64,000 bases of DNA from an uncultured Acidobacteriota bacterium (GTDB lineage: Bacteria > Acidobacteriota > Thermoanaerobaculia > UBA5066 > Gp7-AA6). The stretch is taken from positions 158,477 to 222,476 of the forward strand of contig CAWHTA010000005.1 of NCBI GenBank assembly GCA_963832145.1, read 5' to 3'. The stretch's first letter is position 1. Each line of letters starts with the position of its first letter. Both the position numbers and the translations under genes were made by a program. The notes beneath the pieces were generated by a model. That model was not told the DNA's origin and searched no databases. It saw only the letters and a program-made list of their open reading frames with translations. Below are positions 30,173 to 39,043 of this stretch, piece after piece.

Positions 30173-30207
30173 AGCTATCAGCTGTCAGCTGTCAGCTGTC
30201 AGCTATC
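30173..30207. repeat. Heptamer microsatellite (GCTRTCA)x5
   Basis: gctatca gctgtca gctgtca gctgtca gctatcc. It contains the stop codon of the DUF1343::MobB ORF. Confidence 0.8.
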
Positions 30208-31893
30208 CGATCTGGCGCGGGCGATTCGATCGAGCCCCGCCAGGCGCAGGACCGTGCGGACGACCCCCTCCGCGTCGTCGAAGGAGTACGTCGGCACGGA
30301 GTCGTTCGCGGGCGAGTCGGATACGCGGGCGAGGGCACCGGGGACGGGCGGCCGGGACGCGCCGGATCGAACGACCTCGATCTTCGGGATCGGCAGGGCC
30401 TTGAAGCCCTCGACCAGGACGAGGTCGAACCCGGAGAACTCGCGCCGGACGATTTCCTCGAGGGGCTCGTCGCCGACTTTCCTCCACACCGCGGCGCGAC
30501 CGGGAGTCACGAGCGACCAGGCGTCGCACCCGGCAGCGCCGAGCCGGTGGGAGTCCTTCCCGACGACGTCGTCGTCCACATTGCGGGACGAGTGCTTGAT
30601 CGCCCCGACGGCGAGCCCGAGCGCGGAGAGAAGGGGAATCAGCTTCTCGATGAGCGTGGTCTTGCCGGAGTCGTGCCCCCCGACGAAGGCGACGAGCGCG
30701 GGCCGGTGGTCCGCGTAGAGGAGGAAGGGGTCGCGGCGGGCCAGAAACTTCCGCGCTTCTTCGCGATGACGGCCGACTTCGCCCGGCAGGTCGCCGCCGG
30801 CGTCCACGAGCTCGCGGAATCGCGCCGAGCCGGTGAGGACGTCGATCGCGGGACGCGTGTCGAACTCGTAGGGCTCGCTCCTCCAGCGGAAGGAGTCCTC
30901 GTCGAGTGACCGCGCCGTAGCGATCACGGCGAGGCCGGTCTCGTACGGCTGAAAGGCCGCCGGATCGGTGACGTGAAGGATCGCTCCCCCGCACGTCTCG
31001 TTTGCGTGCTTCTCGAACATCGGGCGGAACCGGGTCGGAAGGAAGGCCACTCCGGGCATCGCGAGCTTCCCGAGCGCCTCGACGAGCTCGAGCGGGTCGA
31101 GCCACGGCGCGCCGAACGTCTCGAACGGTCTCGCAGTGCCGCGCCCTTCCGAGAGGTTCGTGCCCTCGAGCAGACACATGCCCGGGTAAACGCGCGCGGC
31201 GGCAACGGTCGGGATGTTGGGCGAGGGCGGCACCCAGGGAAGCCCCGTTTCCTCCCACCGCGTGTCCCGACCCCACGCGGCGAGCGGCGAAACCACGAGG
31301 TCGACGTCGATGCCCCGCTCCGACGCGAGCAGGCGCGCGAGCTCACCCGAGGTCAGCCCGTGACGCACGGGAATCGAGTGGAGACCGACGAACGAGAGAA
31401 ACGCCGGATCCTGCGGGGCGCCCTCGACGCCTCCGCCGAGCGGATTGGGCCGGTCGCAGACGACGAGGCGTTTTCCCTGCTCCGCGCAGGCTTCCATGGC
31501 GAGGAGCATCGTCCAGTTGTACGTGTAGTAGCGGCTTCCCACGTCCGGCACGTCGAACACGATCGCATCGACGTCGGCGAGGTCCTCGGCCCTCGGCTTG
31601 AGGCTCTCCCGGGTCGAGCCGTAGAGGGAGACGACGGGCAGGCCGGTCTCGCGATGAATGGAGCCCGCGACGTCTTCCATGTAGATCGCGCCGCCGTCGA
31701 CCCCGTGCTCCGGCCCGAAAAGGCGGGTGAGGCGCACGTCGGGAAGCCGGAACAGGGCCTGCCAGCTCGGAGTCCCATCCGGCGTCAGTCCCGAGGGGTT
31801 CGTGATCAGGCCGACCCGGCGCCCCGCGAGAGGAGAAGGGTCGGCGATGAGGGCTTCGATCCCGAGGATCGTTCTCGAAGGGCGCGTCGTCAA
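30199..31893 (-). CDS. DUF1343 (NamZ/YzbB-like) protein fused in frame to MobB (molybdopterin-guanine dinucleotide biosynthesis adapter)
   Basis: The TTG at 31893 overlaps the mogA stop. DUF1343 body: VGLITNPSGLT...LFGPEHG...VFDVPDVGSRYYTYNWT...CDRPNPLGG...LSEGRGT...FLLY. It is followed directly by RPALVAFVGGHDSGKTTLIEKLI...IKHS...GKDSHR (MobB P-loop), with no stop between. Confidence 0.7.
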   Translation of the reverse strand: MTTRPSRTILGIEALIADPSPLAGRRVGLITNPSGLTPDGTPSWQALFRLPDVRLTRLFGPEHGVDGGAIYMEDVAGSIHRETGLPVVSLYGSTRESLKPRAEDLADVDAIVFDVPDVGSRYYTYNWTMLLAMEACAEQGKRLVVCDRPNPLGGGVEGAPQDPAFLSFVGLHSIPVRHGLTSGELARLLASERGIDVDLVVSPLAAWGRDTRWEETGLPWVPPSPNIPTVAAARVYPGMCLLEGTNLSEGRGTARPFETFGAPWLDPLELVEALGKLAMPGVAFLPTRFRPMFEKHANETCGGAILHVTDPAAFQPYETGLAVIATARSLDEDSFRWRSEPYEFDTRPAIDVLTGSARFRELVDAGGDLPGEVGRHREEARKFLARRDPFLLYADHRPALVAFVGGHDSGKTTLIEKLIPLLSALGLAVGAIKHSSRNVDDDVVGKDSHRLGAAGCDAWSLVTPGRAAVWRKVGDEPLEEIVRREFSGFDLVLVEGFKALPIPKIEVVRSGASRPPVPGALARVSDSPANDSVPTYSFDDAEGVVRTVLRLAGLDRIARARSDS

Positions 31894-32417
31894 ACGACGT
31901 CGTCCCCGGACTCCGCGCGGGGATGGTCCGCCTTCTCGCCGCGCACGAGCTCGACCGCGTGGGGCAGCAGATCGGCGACCGCCCGGAGACAGTCGGCGGC
32001 GCCCGTCGGAGAGCCGGGAAGCGCGAGGACGAGCGCGTGCCCGCGCACTCCCGCCACCTGCCGGGAGAGGTACGCCGCGGGGAAGTCCCGCCCCGTCTCC
32101 ACCCTCATTTTTTCCGCGAGCCCCGGCGCCTCGAAGTCGATCACCTGCCGCACCGCCTCCGGAGTCCGGTCGCGGGGAGAAAGGCCGGTTCCACCTGTCA
32201 GGACGACGATGTCGACCTCTCCCGAGTCGGCTCGAATGCGAACGATCCGGGCGATCTGCTTGGGTTCGTCCGCGACGGTCTCGCGCGAAACCACTTCGTG
32301 CGGGACCCCGGAGTCGGCGAGCGCCTTCTCGCAAGCGGGCCGGCCGAGGTCCGTCCGGTTCCCCGACGCGACTCCGTCGGACACGGTAACGATCGCAACC
32401 CGGATTGGACCCGTCAT
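31890..32417 (-). CDS. mogA: Molybdenum cofactor biosynthesis protein MogA/MoaB
   Basis: 175-aa ORF. VAIVTVSDG...VVLTGGTGLSPRDRTPEA...LPGSP. Confidence 0.85.
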   Translation of the reverse strand: MTGPIRVAIVTVSDGVASGNRTDLGRPACEKALADSGVPHEVVSRETVADEPKQIARIVRIRADSGEVDIVVLTGGTGLSPRDRTPEAVRQVIDFEAPGLAEKMRVETGRDFPAAYLSRQVAGVRGHALVLALPGSPTGAADCLRAVADLLPHAVELVRGEKADHPRAESGDDVV

Positions 32418-32477
32418 CGCAGTCCTCCCGCCTCCCCTCGAATGCGCTCGCGCGACCGGCGGTTACTATAGCCGCGC

Positions 32478-33488
32478 ATGGCTGTGACCGACACCCGCGG
32501 CCGCCCGCTCGGAAGTCTTCGCGTGTCGGTGACCGACCGCTGCAACCTCCGATGCGAGTACTGCATGCCCGAGAGGGAGTACGTGTGGCTCCCGCGCGCG
32601 GAGGTCCTCACGTTCGAGGAGATCGCGCTCGCCGTCGAGGCGTTTGGCGTGCCGCGCGTGCGTCTGACCGGCGGTGAGCCCCTTCTCCGCCGCGACCTTT
32701 CCCGCCTCGTGGCCCTGCTCGCCTCCTCCGGGAAGCTATCCGACCTCGCTCTCACGACCAACGGCGTGCTTCTCGCCGAACAGGCGCGCGACCTTCGCGC
32801 CGCCGGGCTCCACCGGCTGACTGTCTCGCTCGACACTCTGCGGCCGGAACGGTTCGAAGCGCTGACCCGCTTCGACCGGCTCGGCCGCGTGCTCGAGGGC
32901 ATCGAGGAGGCAGCCCGCGAGGGCTTTTCGCCCATCAAGATCGATACCGTCGTCGTCCGGGGGGTCAACGACGACGAGATCCTGGCGCTGCTCGACTTCG
33001 GACGCGGAATCGGCGCCGAGGTCCGCTTCATCGAGTACATGGACGTGGGAGGCGCGACGCGGTGGTCCGCCGACAAGGTCGTCTCCCGCGCCGAGATCCT
33101 CGAAACGATCGCGCGCCGCTACGGCACGCCCTCTCCCCTTCCCCGGGGCGGCCCGGCTCCGGCCGAGCGGTTCACCCTCGCGGACGGGACCGTGTTCGGA
33201 ATCATCGCGTCGATGACGGCGCCGTTCTGCGGCGCGTGTGATCGCAGCCGGCTGACTGCGGACGGCATCTGGTACCTCTGCCTCTACGCTTCCACCGGAA
33301 AGGACCTTCGGGCGCTCGTGCGCTCCGGCGCTTCCGTCGAGGATCTCGCGTCGGCGATCGACTCGGTCTGGCGCGGCCGCGCCGATCGGGGCGCCGAGGA
33401 GCGGCTCGCACGGACCGAGCGACCCCTTCTTCCCGCGGACGTCCTTCGCAGCGATCCCCACCTCGAGATGCACACCCGCGGCGGGTGA
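32478..33488 (+). CDS. moaA: GTP 3',8-cyclase (radical SAM)
   Basis: LRVSVTDRCNLRCEYCMP, RLTGGEPLLR, and C-terminal FCGACDRSRLTADG. Confidence 0.9.
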   Translation: MAVTDTRGRPLGSLRVSVTDRCNLRCEYCMPEREYVWLPRAEVLTFEEIALAVEAFGVPRVRLTGGEPLLRRDLSRLVALLASSGKLSDLALTTNGVLLAEQARDLRAAGLHRLTVSLDTLRPERFEALTRFDRLGRVLEGIEEAAREGFSPIKIDTVVVRGVNDDEILALLDFGRGIGAEVRFIEYMDVGGATRWSADKVVSRAEILETIARRYGTPSPLPRGGPAPAERFTLADGTVFGIIASMTAPFCGACDRSRLTADGIWYLCLYASTGKDLRALVRSGASVEDLASAIDSVWRGRADRGAEERLARTERPLLPADVLRSDPHLEMHTRGG

Positions 33489-33546
33489 CGCCCTGGCACC
33501 ACCTTCGGAAACCGGCTTCAAGCCCGGGTGGGCGTACTACGGCGCG

Positions 33547-33819
33547 ATGGCGCTCTTCGTCGGCATCCTCGGATTCGCTGTAATCGGGATCCTCCGATCT
33601 TCGTCGCTCATCGGCTCCACGCCCGGGGGTCCGGCGTCTCGCGAGCCCGCTCCGACGAAGGGTCCCGCGGGGATTCTCATCGCGGGGCCCCCGCCGACCA
33701 TCCGGATTCCGCCTCCGACCGCGGCGGTCGCAACGCCGCCGCCGAGCCGTACTTACATTCACCCGCCGCCCGAGTCCGAAGCGGCCTACTCCGACCCGGC
33801 CGCCGAATTCCGCCGGTAG
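33547..33819 (+). CDS. Hypothetical small membrane protein with a Pro-rich tail
   Basis: 90-aa ORF with one TM (ALFVGILGFAVIGIL) followed by low-complexity P/A-rich sequence. It overlaps the moaC 3' end by 34 nt. Weak support. Confidence 0.25.
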   Translation: MALFVGILGFAVIGILRSSSLIGSTPGGPASREPAPTKGPAGILIAGPPPTIRIPPPTAAVATPPPSRTYIHPPPESEAAYSDPAAEFRR

Positions 33820-34337
33820 GGCCCGGAGCGCCCCCCGGTCTTCTCGAGCAGGACGATCTCCCGGATCTCGATCGAGCGGTCGAGCGCCTTCGCCATGTCG
33901 TAGAGCGCGAGGCACGCCCCGGCGACAGCCGTCAACGCCTCCATCTCGACGCCGGTTCGCGCCACTGTCGTCACGGTGACGGTCACGACGACTTCGCGGG
34001 CGCGCCGGTCGAGGTCGCACTCGACAGCCACCGAATCGAGCACGATCGGGTGCGCCAGGGGAACGATGTCCGAGGCCCGCTTGGCAGCGAGGATTCCCGC
34101 GAGGCGCGCGACAGCGAGCGCGTCCCCCTTCGAGAGGCGTCCGCTCGCCAGCGCATCGAAAGCGGCCTTGCTCATCCGGACCCGGCCGCGGGCAACCGCG
34201 CGGCGGCGCGTCGTCGTCTTTCCGCCCACGTCCACCATGCGGGCGCGGCCCCGCGAGTCGAGGTGGAGCGCCGATTTTCGGAGGCCGGTGGCGCGGGGCC
34301 GCTGCGGTCTCTTCGGTGGGGTTCCCGCCGCGCTCAC
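33786..34337 (-). CDS. moaC: Cyclic pyranopterin monophosphate synthase
   Basis: The GTG at 34337 overlaps the mobA stop (GTGA). ...ARMVDVGGK...DIVPLAHPI...GVEMEALTAV...LYDM. Confidence 0.85.
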   Translation of the reverse strand: MSAAGTPPKRPQRPRATGLRKSALHLDSRGRARMVDVGGKTTTRRRAVARGRVRMSKAAFDALASGRLSKGDALAVARLAGILAAKRASDIVPLAHPIVLDSVAVECDLDRRAREVVVTVTVTTVARTGVEMEALTAVAGACLALYDMAKALDRSIEIREIVLLEKTGGRSGPYRRNSAAGSE

Positions 34338-34912
34338 CCGCGCTCCCGGTGGGCCAGGTAGTCGTTGAAGGTGTTGACGTTCGTGAACGACGCGCCGCTC
34401 GGGTCGATCTTTAGCCACTCGGACTCGGGCAGCGTCTCCGCGCCGATTTCGTCGGCGAGACCGGAAAGGGAGAGCTGTTCCTTGGCAATCCGGTTCCGCG
34501 CGAACCGCGCCGCCGCCCGCCGCCAGACCGCCGCGAGGGGTTGGAGGCGGCCGCCCGCTTCCGGGATGACGGCGAGCGCGCTCGTCGCCTCGGCGCGCCG
34601 CACGAGCTCGCGCACGACGTCGTGGGTGACGGAGGGGAGATCGACGGCGAGGACGAAGATTCGGTCGTCGGCCTCCTCGATCGCGCGCGCGAGGCCATGG
34701 ATGGCGGCGAAATCGGGAGTGTCTTCGAGGACGATCCGCGCCGGACCGATCGGAAAGTCCGGAGTCTCCTTGACGACGACGAAGACCTCGCGAAAGAGGC
34801 TCGCGAGCCGCCCGGTCTGGAACTCCAGCAGGTTACCTGCTCCCCACGGGAGCGCCGCCTTGGACCGGCCCATGCGCTGCGAGGCGCCGCCGGCGAGCAC
34901 GGCCGCCGGCAT
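34334..34912 (-). CDS. mobA: Molybdenum cofactor guanylyltransferase
   Basis: MPAAVLAGGASQRMGRSKA... An alternative in-frame GTG start lies at 34924. Confidence 0.8.
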   Translation of the reverse strand: MPAAVLAGGASQRMGRSKAALPWGAGNLLEFQTGRLASLFREVFVVVKETPDFPIGPARIVLEDTPDFAAIHGLARAIEEADDRIFVLAVDLPSVTHDVVRELVRRAEATSALAVIPEAGGRLQPLAAVWRRAAARFARNRIAKEQLSLSGLADEIGAETLPESEWLKIDPSGASFTNVNTFNDYLAHRERG

Positions 34913-34957
34913 GGGAAGCTTCACTGCGGGGATGCTAGCAGGGTTGATGACGTTCGC

Positions 34958-35626
34958 ATGATCTCGGTGATCGTCCCCATCAAGGACGAACCTCCCGGCG
35001 TCGTGGAGCGGTTGGCCCGGTTCGCCGGAAGGGCGGACAAATCCGAGCTCGTCGTCGCCGACGGCGGCGGGGACGAGCGAACCCGCAAGGCCTTCCGCGA
35101 GGCCGGGGCCCGCGTTCTCCTCCTCCCCGGCACGCGGGGAGCGCGGCTGGCGCAGGCCGCAGCGAGCGCGCGGGGAGACGCCCTCTTCTTCCTCCACGCG
35201 GACTCGCAGCCACCGGACGACGCGCTCGCGCTCATTTCCCGTTCGCTCGAAGACGGCGCCGACGCCGGAGCGTTCTCGCTCGCCTACGAAGGCGCGGACC
35301 GGCGGATGCGATGGATCGCCTGGTGGGCGAACCGCCGGTCGCGCCTCGGGATGCCCTTCGGCGATCAGGGAATCTTCTGCCGCCGATCGACCTACGAGCG
35401 CACGGGCGGTTTTCGGGACCTGCCGATCTGCGACGACCTCGACCTGGTGAGGCGGCTCCGGAAAGCCGGCGCCTTCGTCGTACGGCCCGAGAAGACCGTG
35501 ACTTCACCGCGGCGGTACCGGGAGGCCGGGGCGCTTCGGCAGGTGCTCCGCACGTGGCGCGTTCTGGCCGGCTACTACGCCGGCGTCCGGCCCGAAACCC
35601 TCAGCCGCTGGTACGAGGGGCGCTGA
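34958..35626 (+). CDS. Family 2 glycosyltransferase (small, TIGR04283-like)
   Basis: ATG at 34958. ISVIVPIKDE...LVVADGGGDE...FLHADS...FGDQGIF...DLDLVRRL. Confidence 0.75.
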   Translation: MISVIVPIKDEPPGVVERLARFAGRADKSELVVADGGGDERTRKAFREAGARVLLLPGTRGARLAQAAASARGDALFFLHADSQPPDDALALISRSLEDGADAGAFSLAYEGADRRMRWIAWWANRRSRLGMPFGDQGIFCRRSTYERTGGFRDLPICDDLDLVRRLRKAGAFVVRPEKTVTSPRRYREAGALRQVLRTWRVLAGYYAGVRPETLSRWYEGR

Positions 35627-36242
35627 CCGGGGCCTCGAGTTTCGCTTCGAGCCCCGCTTTGACCGCCGGCCACTCGTCGTCGAGGATCGAGTAATAGATC
35701 GTGTCGCGCACGCGGCCGCTCCACGTCAAGGCGTTTCTTCGGAGAGATCCTTCTTCCTTTGCGCCGATCCGCTGGATCGCCGCGCGGGACTTCGCATTCA
35801 GGACGTCGGTCCGCAGCTCGACCCGAATGCAGCCGAGAACCTCGAAGGCGTGCCGCAGCATCAGGTACTTCGCCTCGGTGTTCACGGCCGTGCGCTGCCA
35901 GTCTCGCCCGATCCACGTCCAGCCGATCTCGACCCGGCGGTCCGCGGCCGACCAGGTCGCGAACCGCGTTCCGCCGATCGCCTTCCCGTGCGGGAGAGCG
36001 ACCGTGGCGAAGGGCATTGCCGTTCCCGTCGCGCGCGCCGCGAGCGCCCTCTCGATCCACGCGCGGAGCTCCTCCGGCGAGAGCGCGCGCTCGGTGGTCC
36101 AGCGCCAGATCTCTTCGTCGAAAGCGACCCGGCTGAGATCGTCGAAGTGATCGTGGGTCAGTGGCTCCAGACGGACGTGAGCGCCCTGGAGAACGACGGG
36201 TTCGAGGGGTCCTTCGATTGTCAACCTCGGCCTACGTGTCAT
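35601..36242 (-). CDS. GNAT-family N-acetyltransferase (RimJ/RimL-like)
   Basis: LEPLTHDHFDDL...IGWTWIGRDWQRTAVNTEAKYLMLRHAFE...RVELRTDVLNAKSRAAIQRIGAKEEG. The proposed ATG (36242) lies inside a family A repeat, so the start is uncertain. Confidence 0.75.
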   Translation of the reverse strand: MTRRPRLTIEGPLEPVVLQGAHVRLEPLTHDHFDDLSRVAFDEEIWRWTTERALSPEELRAWIERALAARATGTAMPFATVALPHGKAIGGTRFATWSAADRRVEIGWTWIGRDWQRTAVNTEAKYLMLRHAFEVLGCIRVELRTDVLNAKSRAAIQRIGAKEEGSLRRNALTWSGRVRDTIYYSILDDEWPAVKAGLEAKLEAPVSAPRTSG

Positions 36243-36318
36243 CCCGAGCGAAGCGAGGGACCTGGTTCCCTTCCGAAGGAGGGACCAGATTCCTCGTCGC
36301 TCCGCTTCTCGGAATGAC
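36238..36318. repeat. Family A palindromic repeat, full copy
   Basis: gtcatcccgagcgaagcgaggga...tcctcgtcgctccgcttctcggaatgac. Confidence 0.75.
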
Positions 36319-36344
36319 AGCCTTTCGGCCACCGCCTTTGCAGA

Positions 36345-37184
36345 TCACCGGCTGTCTCCGCCGAGAATGATCGGGAGCCCGTTCTTCCCGCTCCCGATGA
36401 CGACGACCTTCGAGTTCTGGCTCATCGCGAGCTTCTCCGTCGCCTCGATTCCCTTCCACTCGAGCAGCGCCGGGCTGATCCCCGCGGCGACGATCCGCTG
36501 GAAATCCGCGATTCCCTGCGCCTCGATCCGCTTCCGTTCCGCCTCCTGCGTCTCCTTCTGGAGCACGAACTTCATCTGTTCGGATTCCTGTTCGCGCTTC
36601 AGCTTCTCCTGGATCGCGTTGGCGACAACGTCGGGGAGGCCCATCTTCCGGAGGAGCACCGCCTCACCGATGATGCCGCGACCGCCGGCCGTCCGGCGGA
36701 ACAACTCGAGGGTCTCCTTCGCGATCTTTTCGCGCTCCGCGGAGTACAGGACCTTGGCCTCGTAGGAAGCGGTGACCTCCCGGATTGCCGAGCGGATCTG
36801 CGGCTGCACCGCGATCTCCTCGTAGTCCCTTCCGATCGTCCGGTAGATGTCGTCGGCCTTCTCCGGGTCGAGGCGGTAGAGGAGCGATCCCTCGAGGTCC
36901 ATGATGAGGCCTTCTTTGGAGGGAACCTCCGCGGTCTCCTTCACTTCCCGGGTCTTGACGGACATCTTCGCGACGCGAGTGAAAGGGATCACGAATCGGA
37001 CGCCGGGCGGAAGGATGTCGGAAGAGACTCTCCCGAAGAGATCCTTCACGCCGACGTGCCCGGCCGGGATGACAGTGATCGGACTGCCGATGAGAAGAAC
37101 GATCAGAACGACCGCGATGACTGCGAAACGTACGACGCGGCGTCCCGACGGAAAGGGCGGGACGATCTCGAAAGGCTTGACCAT
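36345..37184 (-). CDS. SPFH/band-7 (prohibitin/HflC-like) membrane protein
   Basis: 279-aa ORF with an N-terminal TM. VIPAGHVGVKDLFGRV..., coiled-coil KREQESEQMKF...EAERKRIEAQGIADFQ. Confidence 0.85.
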   Translation of the reverse strand: MVKPFEIVPPFPSGRRVVRFAVIAVVLIVLLIGSPITVIPAGHVGVKDLFGRVSSDILPPGVRFVIPFTRVAKMSVKTREVKETAEVPSKEGLIMDLEGSLLYRLDPEKADDIYRTIGRDYEEIAVQPQIRSAIREVTASYEAKVLYSAEREKIAKETLELFRRTAGGRGIIGEAVLLRKMGLPDVVANAIQEKLKREQESEQMKFVLQKETQEAERKRIEAQGIADFQRIVAAGISPALLEWKGIEATEKLAMSQNSKVVVIGSGKNGLPIILGGDSR

Positions 37185-37239
37185 GAAAAATCCTCCTCTT
37201 GGGTGCGAGGAGGACGCTATCAGCTACAGAGACCAGTCC

Positions 37240-37301
37240 GGGGTCTGACCCCCCTCGCGGCCGCTTCCCGATCCGCTTTCAGGCTGAGGGGGTCAGATCC
37301 C
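37240..37301. repeat. Family B-related inverted repeat (GGGGTCTGACCCCC ... GGGGGTCAGATCCC)
   Basis: 14-nt arms with 1 mismatch, separated by ~33 nt. Lies between the SPFH start and the ribBA stop. Confidence 0.6.
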
Positions 37302-37359
37302 GCGCAGCGCACCCAGCCCGGGCGCGCAACGCTCGCGACGCCGGGACGGGAAGAACGCC

Positions 37360-38577
37360 TCAGACCATCTTCAGCAGGTGTCCCATCTTGTTCTTCTTCG
37401 CCTCCAGGTACTTCCGGGACCCGTCCGTCGGGTGCACCTCGAGGGGAACGCGCTCGACGATCTCGAGCCCGTATCCCCCGATCGCGACATACTTGGATGG
37501 GTTGTTCGTCATGAGGCGCATCTTGCGGACCCCGAGGTCACGCAGGATCTGCGAGCCGACGCCGTAGTTGCGGATGTCGGGCGGGAATCCGAGCTTCTCG
37601 TTGGCCGACACCGTGTCGTGACCCTCGTCCTGGAGCTCATAGGCCTTCAGCTTGTTCACGAGTCCGATGCCCCGGCCCTCCTGGAGGAGGTAGAGAAATA
37701 CGCCGGCTCCCGCCTCGACGATCTTCTCCATCGCGAGCGCGAGCTGGGCGCCGCAGTCGCAGCGGCTCGAACCGAAGATGTCCCCGGTCAGGCACTGGGA
37801 GTGAACGCGCACGAGCACGGGCTCATCCTCGCGAATGTCGCCGTGCACGAGAGCGATGTGCTCCTCGTGGGTGACGTCGCTCCGGTACGCGTGGAGGCGG
37901 AACTCCCCGAAGCGGGTCGGTAACCGGGGAGCGGCGACTCGCTGGACGAGCCTCTCCGTCTCCATCCGGTGGCGAATGAGGTCGGCGACCGTGACCATCA
38001 CGAGCCCGTGCTTTTCGCAGAACTGGGCGAGCTCGGGCACGCGCGCCATGGTCCCGTCCTCGTTCATGACTTCGCAGAGCACGGCGGACGGATCGAGACC
38101 CGCGATCCGGGCGAGGTCGACCGAAGCCTCCGTCTGGCCCGCCCGCTTCAGGACGCCGCCCGTCTGCGCTCTCAGGGGGAACATGTGGCCGGGGCGCGCC
38201 AGATCGCTCGGCCGGGTGTTGGGGTCGATGGCGGCCATCACCGTCGCGGCCCGGTCGGCGGCGGAGATTCCCGTCGTCACCCGCCCGCGGGCTTCGATCG
38301 AGACGGTGAAGGCGGTACCGAAGTTGGACGTGTTCTCGTCCACCATGAGCGGGAGCTCGAGCTCGTCGCAACGCTCCTCGGTGAGCGCCAGGCAGATCAG
38401 ACCCCTGCCCTCCCGCGCCATGAAGTTGATCGCGGCAGGGCTGACCTTCTCCGCTGCGAGCACGAGGTCGCCCTCGTTCTCGCGATCCTCATCGTCGACG
38501 ACGACGACGAAGCGCCCGGCCTTCAGCTCCTCCACGGCCCGTTTGATCGGGGCAAAAGGGGCTCGACTGTCGTTCAT
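37360..38577 (-). CDS. ribBA: Bifunctional 3,4-dihydroxy-2-butanone-4-phosphate synthase / GTP cyclohydrolase II
   Basis: ATG at 38577 (or 38586). [15 protein letters not shown] (DHBPS) and [24 protein letters not shown] (GCH II). Confidence 0.9.
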   Translation of the reverse strand: MNDSRAPFAPIKRAVEELKAGRFVVVVDDEDRENEGDLVLAAEKVSPAAINFMAREGRGLICLALTEERCDELELPLMVDENTSNFGTAFTVSIEARGRVTTGISAADRAATVMAAIDPNTRPSDLARPGHMFPLRAQTGGVLKRAGQTEASVDLARIAGLDPSAVLCEVMNEDGTMARVPELAQFCEKHGLVMVTVADLIRHRMETERLVQRVAAPRLPTRFGEFRLHAYRSDVTHEEHIALVHGDIREDEPVLVRVHSQCLTGDIFGSSRCDCGAQLALAMEKIVEAGAGVFLYLLQEGRGIGLVNKLKAYELQDEGHDTVSANEKLGFPPDIRNYGVGSQILRDLGVRKMRLMTNNPSKYVAIGGYGLEIVERVPLEVHPTDGSRKYLEAKKNKMGHLLKMV

Positions 38578-38639
38578 CCGTCTCATTTTCCCACATCGTT
38601 TGGCGTGGTACGCAGTACGACAACGTTTGCGAGACCTCG

Positions 38640-38800
38640 CCGACAATTAGCGTCCGGGCCGCTAACTTTTGTCCATCGGGCGTGAATTTCGCGCCGGAGA
38701 TCGGCTGACCACTCCGCAGCCGCGGGTCGCAACACACGGCAGCGTATGAAAGAGGGCGCGGTTCGAGCCGTGGTACGCCGCGTGAAGTAGTCATCCTCGA
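38640..38800 (-). promoter_or_regulatory. Candidate FMN (RFN) riboswitch-like leader of ribBA
   Basis: ~250-nt ORF-free leader. The minus strand reads ...cgacccgcggctgcggagtGGTCAGCcGATCtCCGGcgcgAAATTCacgCCCGAtGGacAAAAGTtagcggCCCGGAcG. This resembles the 3' half of the RFN consensus (AGCCCGCGAGC..GGTCAGCAGATCCGGTG.AATTCCGGAGCCGACGGT.AAAGTCCGGATG). I could not recognise the 5' half. Confidence 0.3.
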
Positions 38801-39043
38801 CGGACGACCAGAATCCGCACGTCACATCGCGGTGGCTGTCATCAGGCGCCCGTGACGGTCGAGAGCGGAAGGTCCGATGAGGACAGCTTCGAATCCGACT
38901 CAGAACGGGAATTCGCTAGGAGTCTCTCACTCGATGCACAGACTTTTGACGCCGACGGCAGACGATCCGCTCTTCGCACCCGCCAATCGCGGCGGCCGGA
39001 GGGAATCGACGTCTGTAGGCGTTGCAACAGAACCGGAGCCGAA

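Noticed and set aside
32418-32477. Moco riboswitch upstream of moaA
   Set aside because: Only 60 nt separate mogA and moaA, which is too short for the ~130-nt Moco RNA motif. I saw no conserved Moco-motif stems.
33547-33819. Treating the Pro-rich 90-aa ORF as a confident gene
   Set aside because: It is kept only at low confidence. After one TM helix the sequence is low-complexity P/A-rich, as expected from GC-rich non-coding frames, and it overlaps moaC.
38852-39043. Extension of the collagen-like gene to the GTG/ATG-most upstream start at 38852 (MTVESGRSDEDSFES...)
   Set aside because: The upstream 64 codons are not signal-like and carry no RBS. ATG 39044 has a GGAG at the proper spacing and is immediately followed by a signal peptide.
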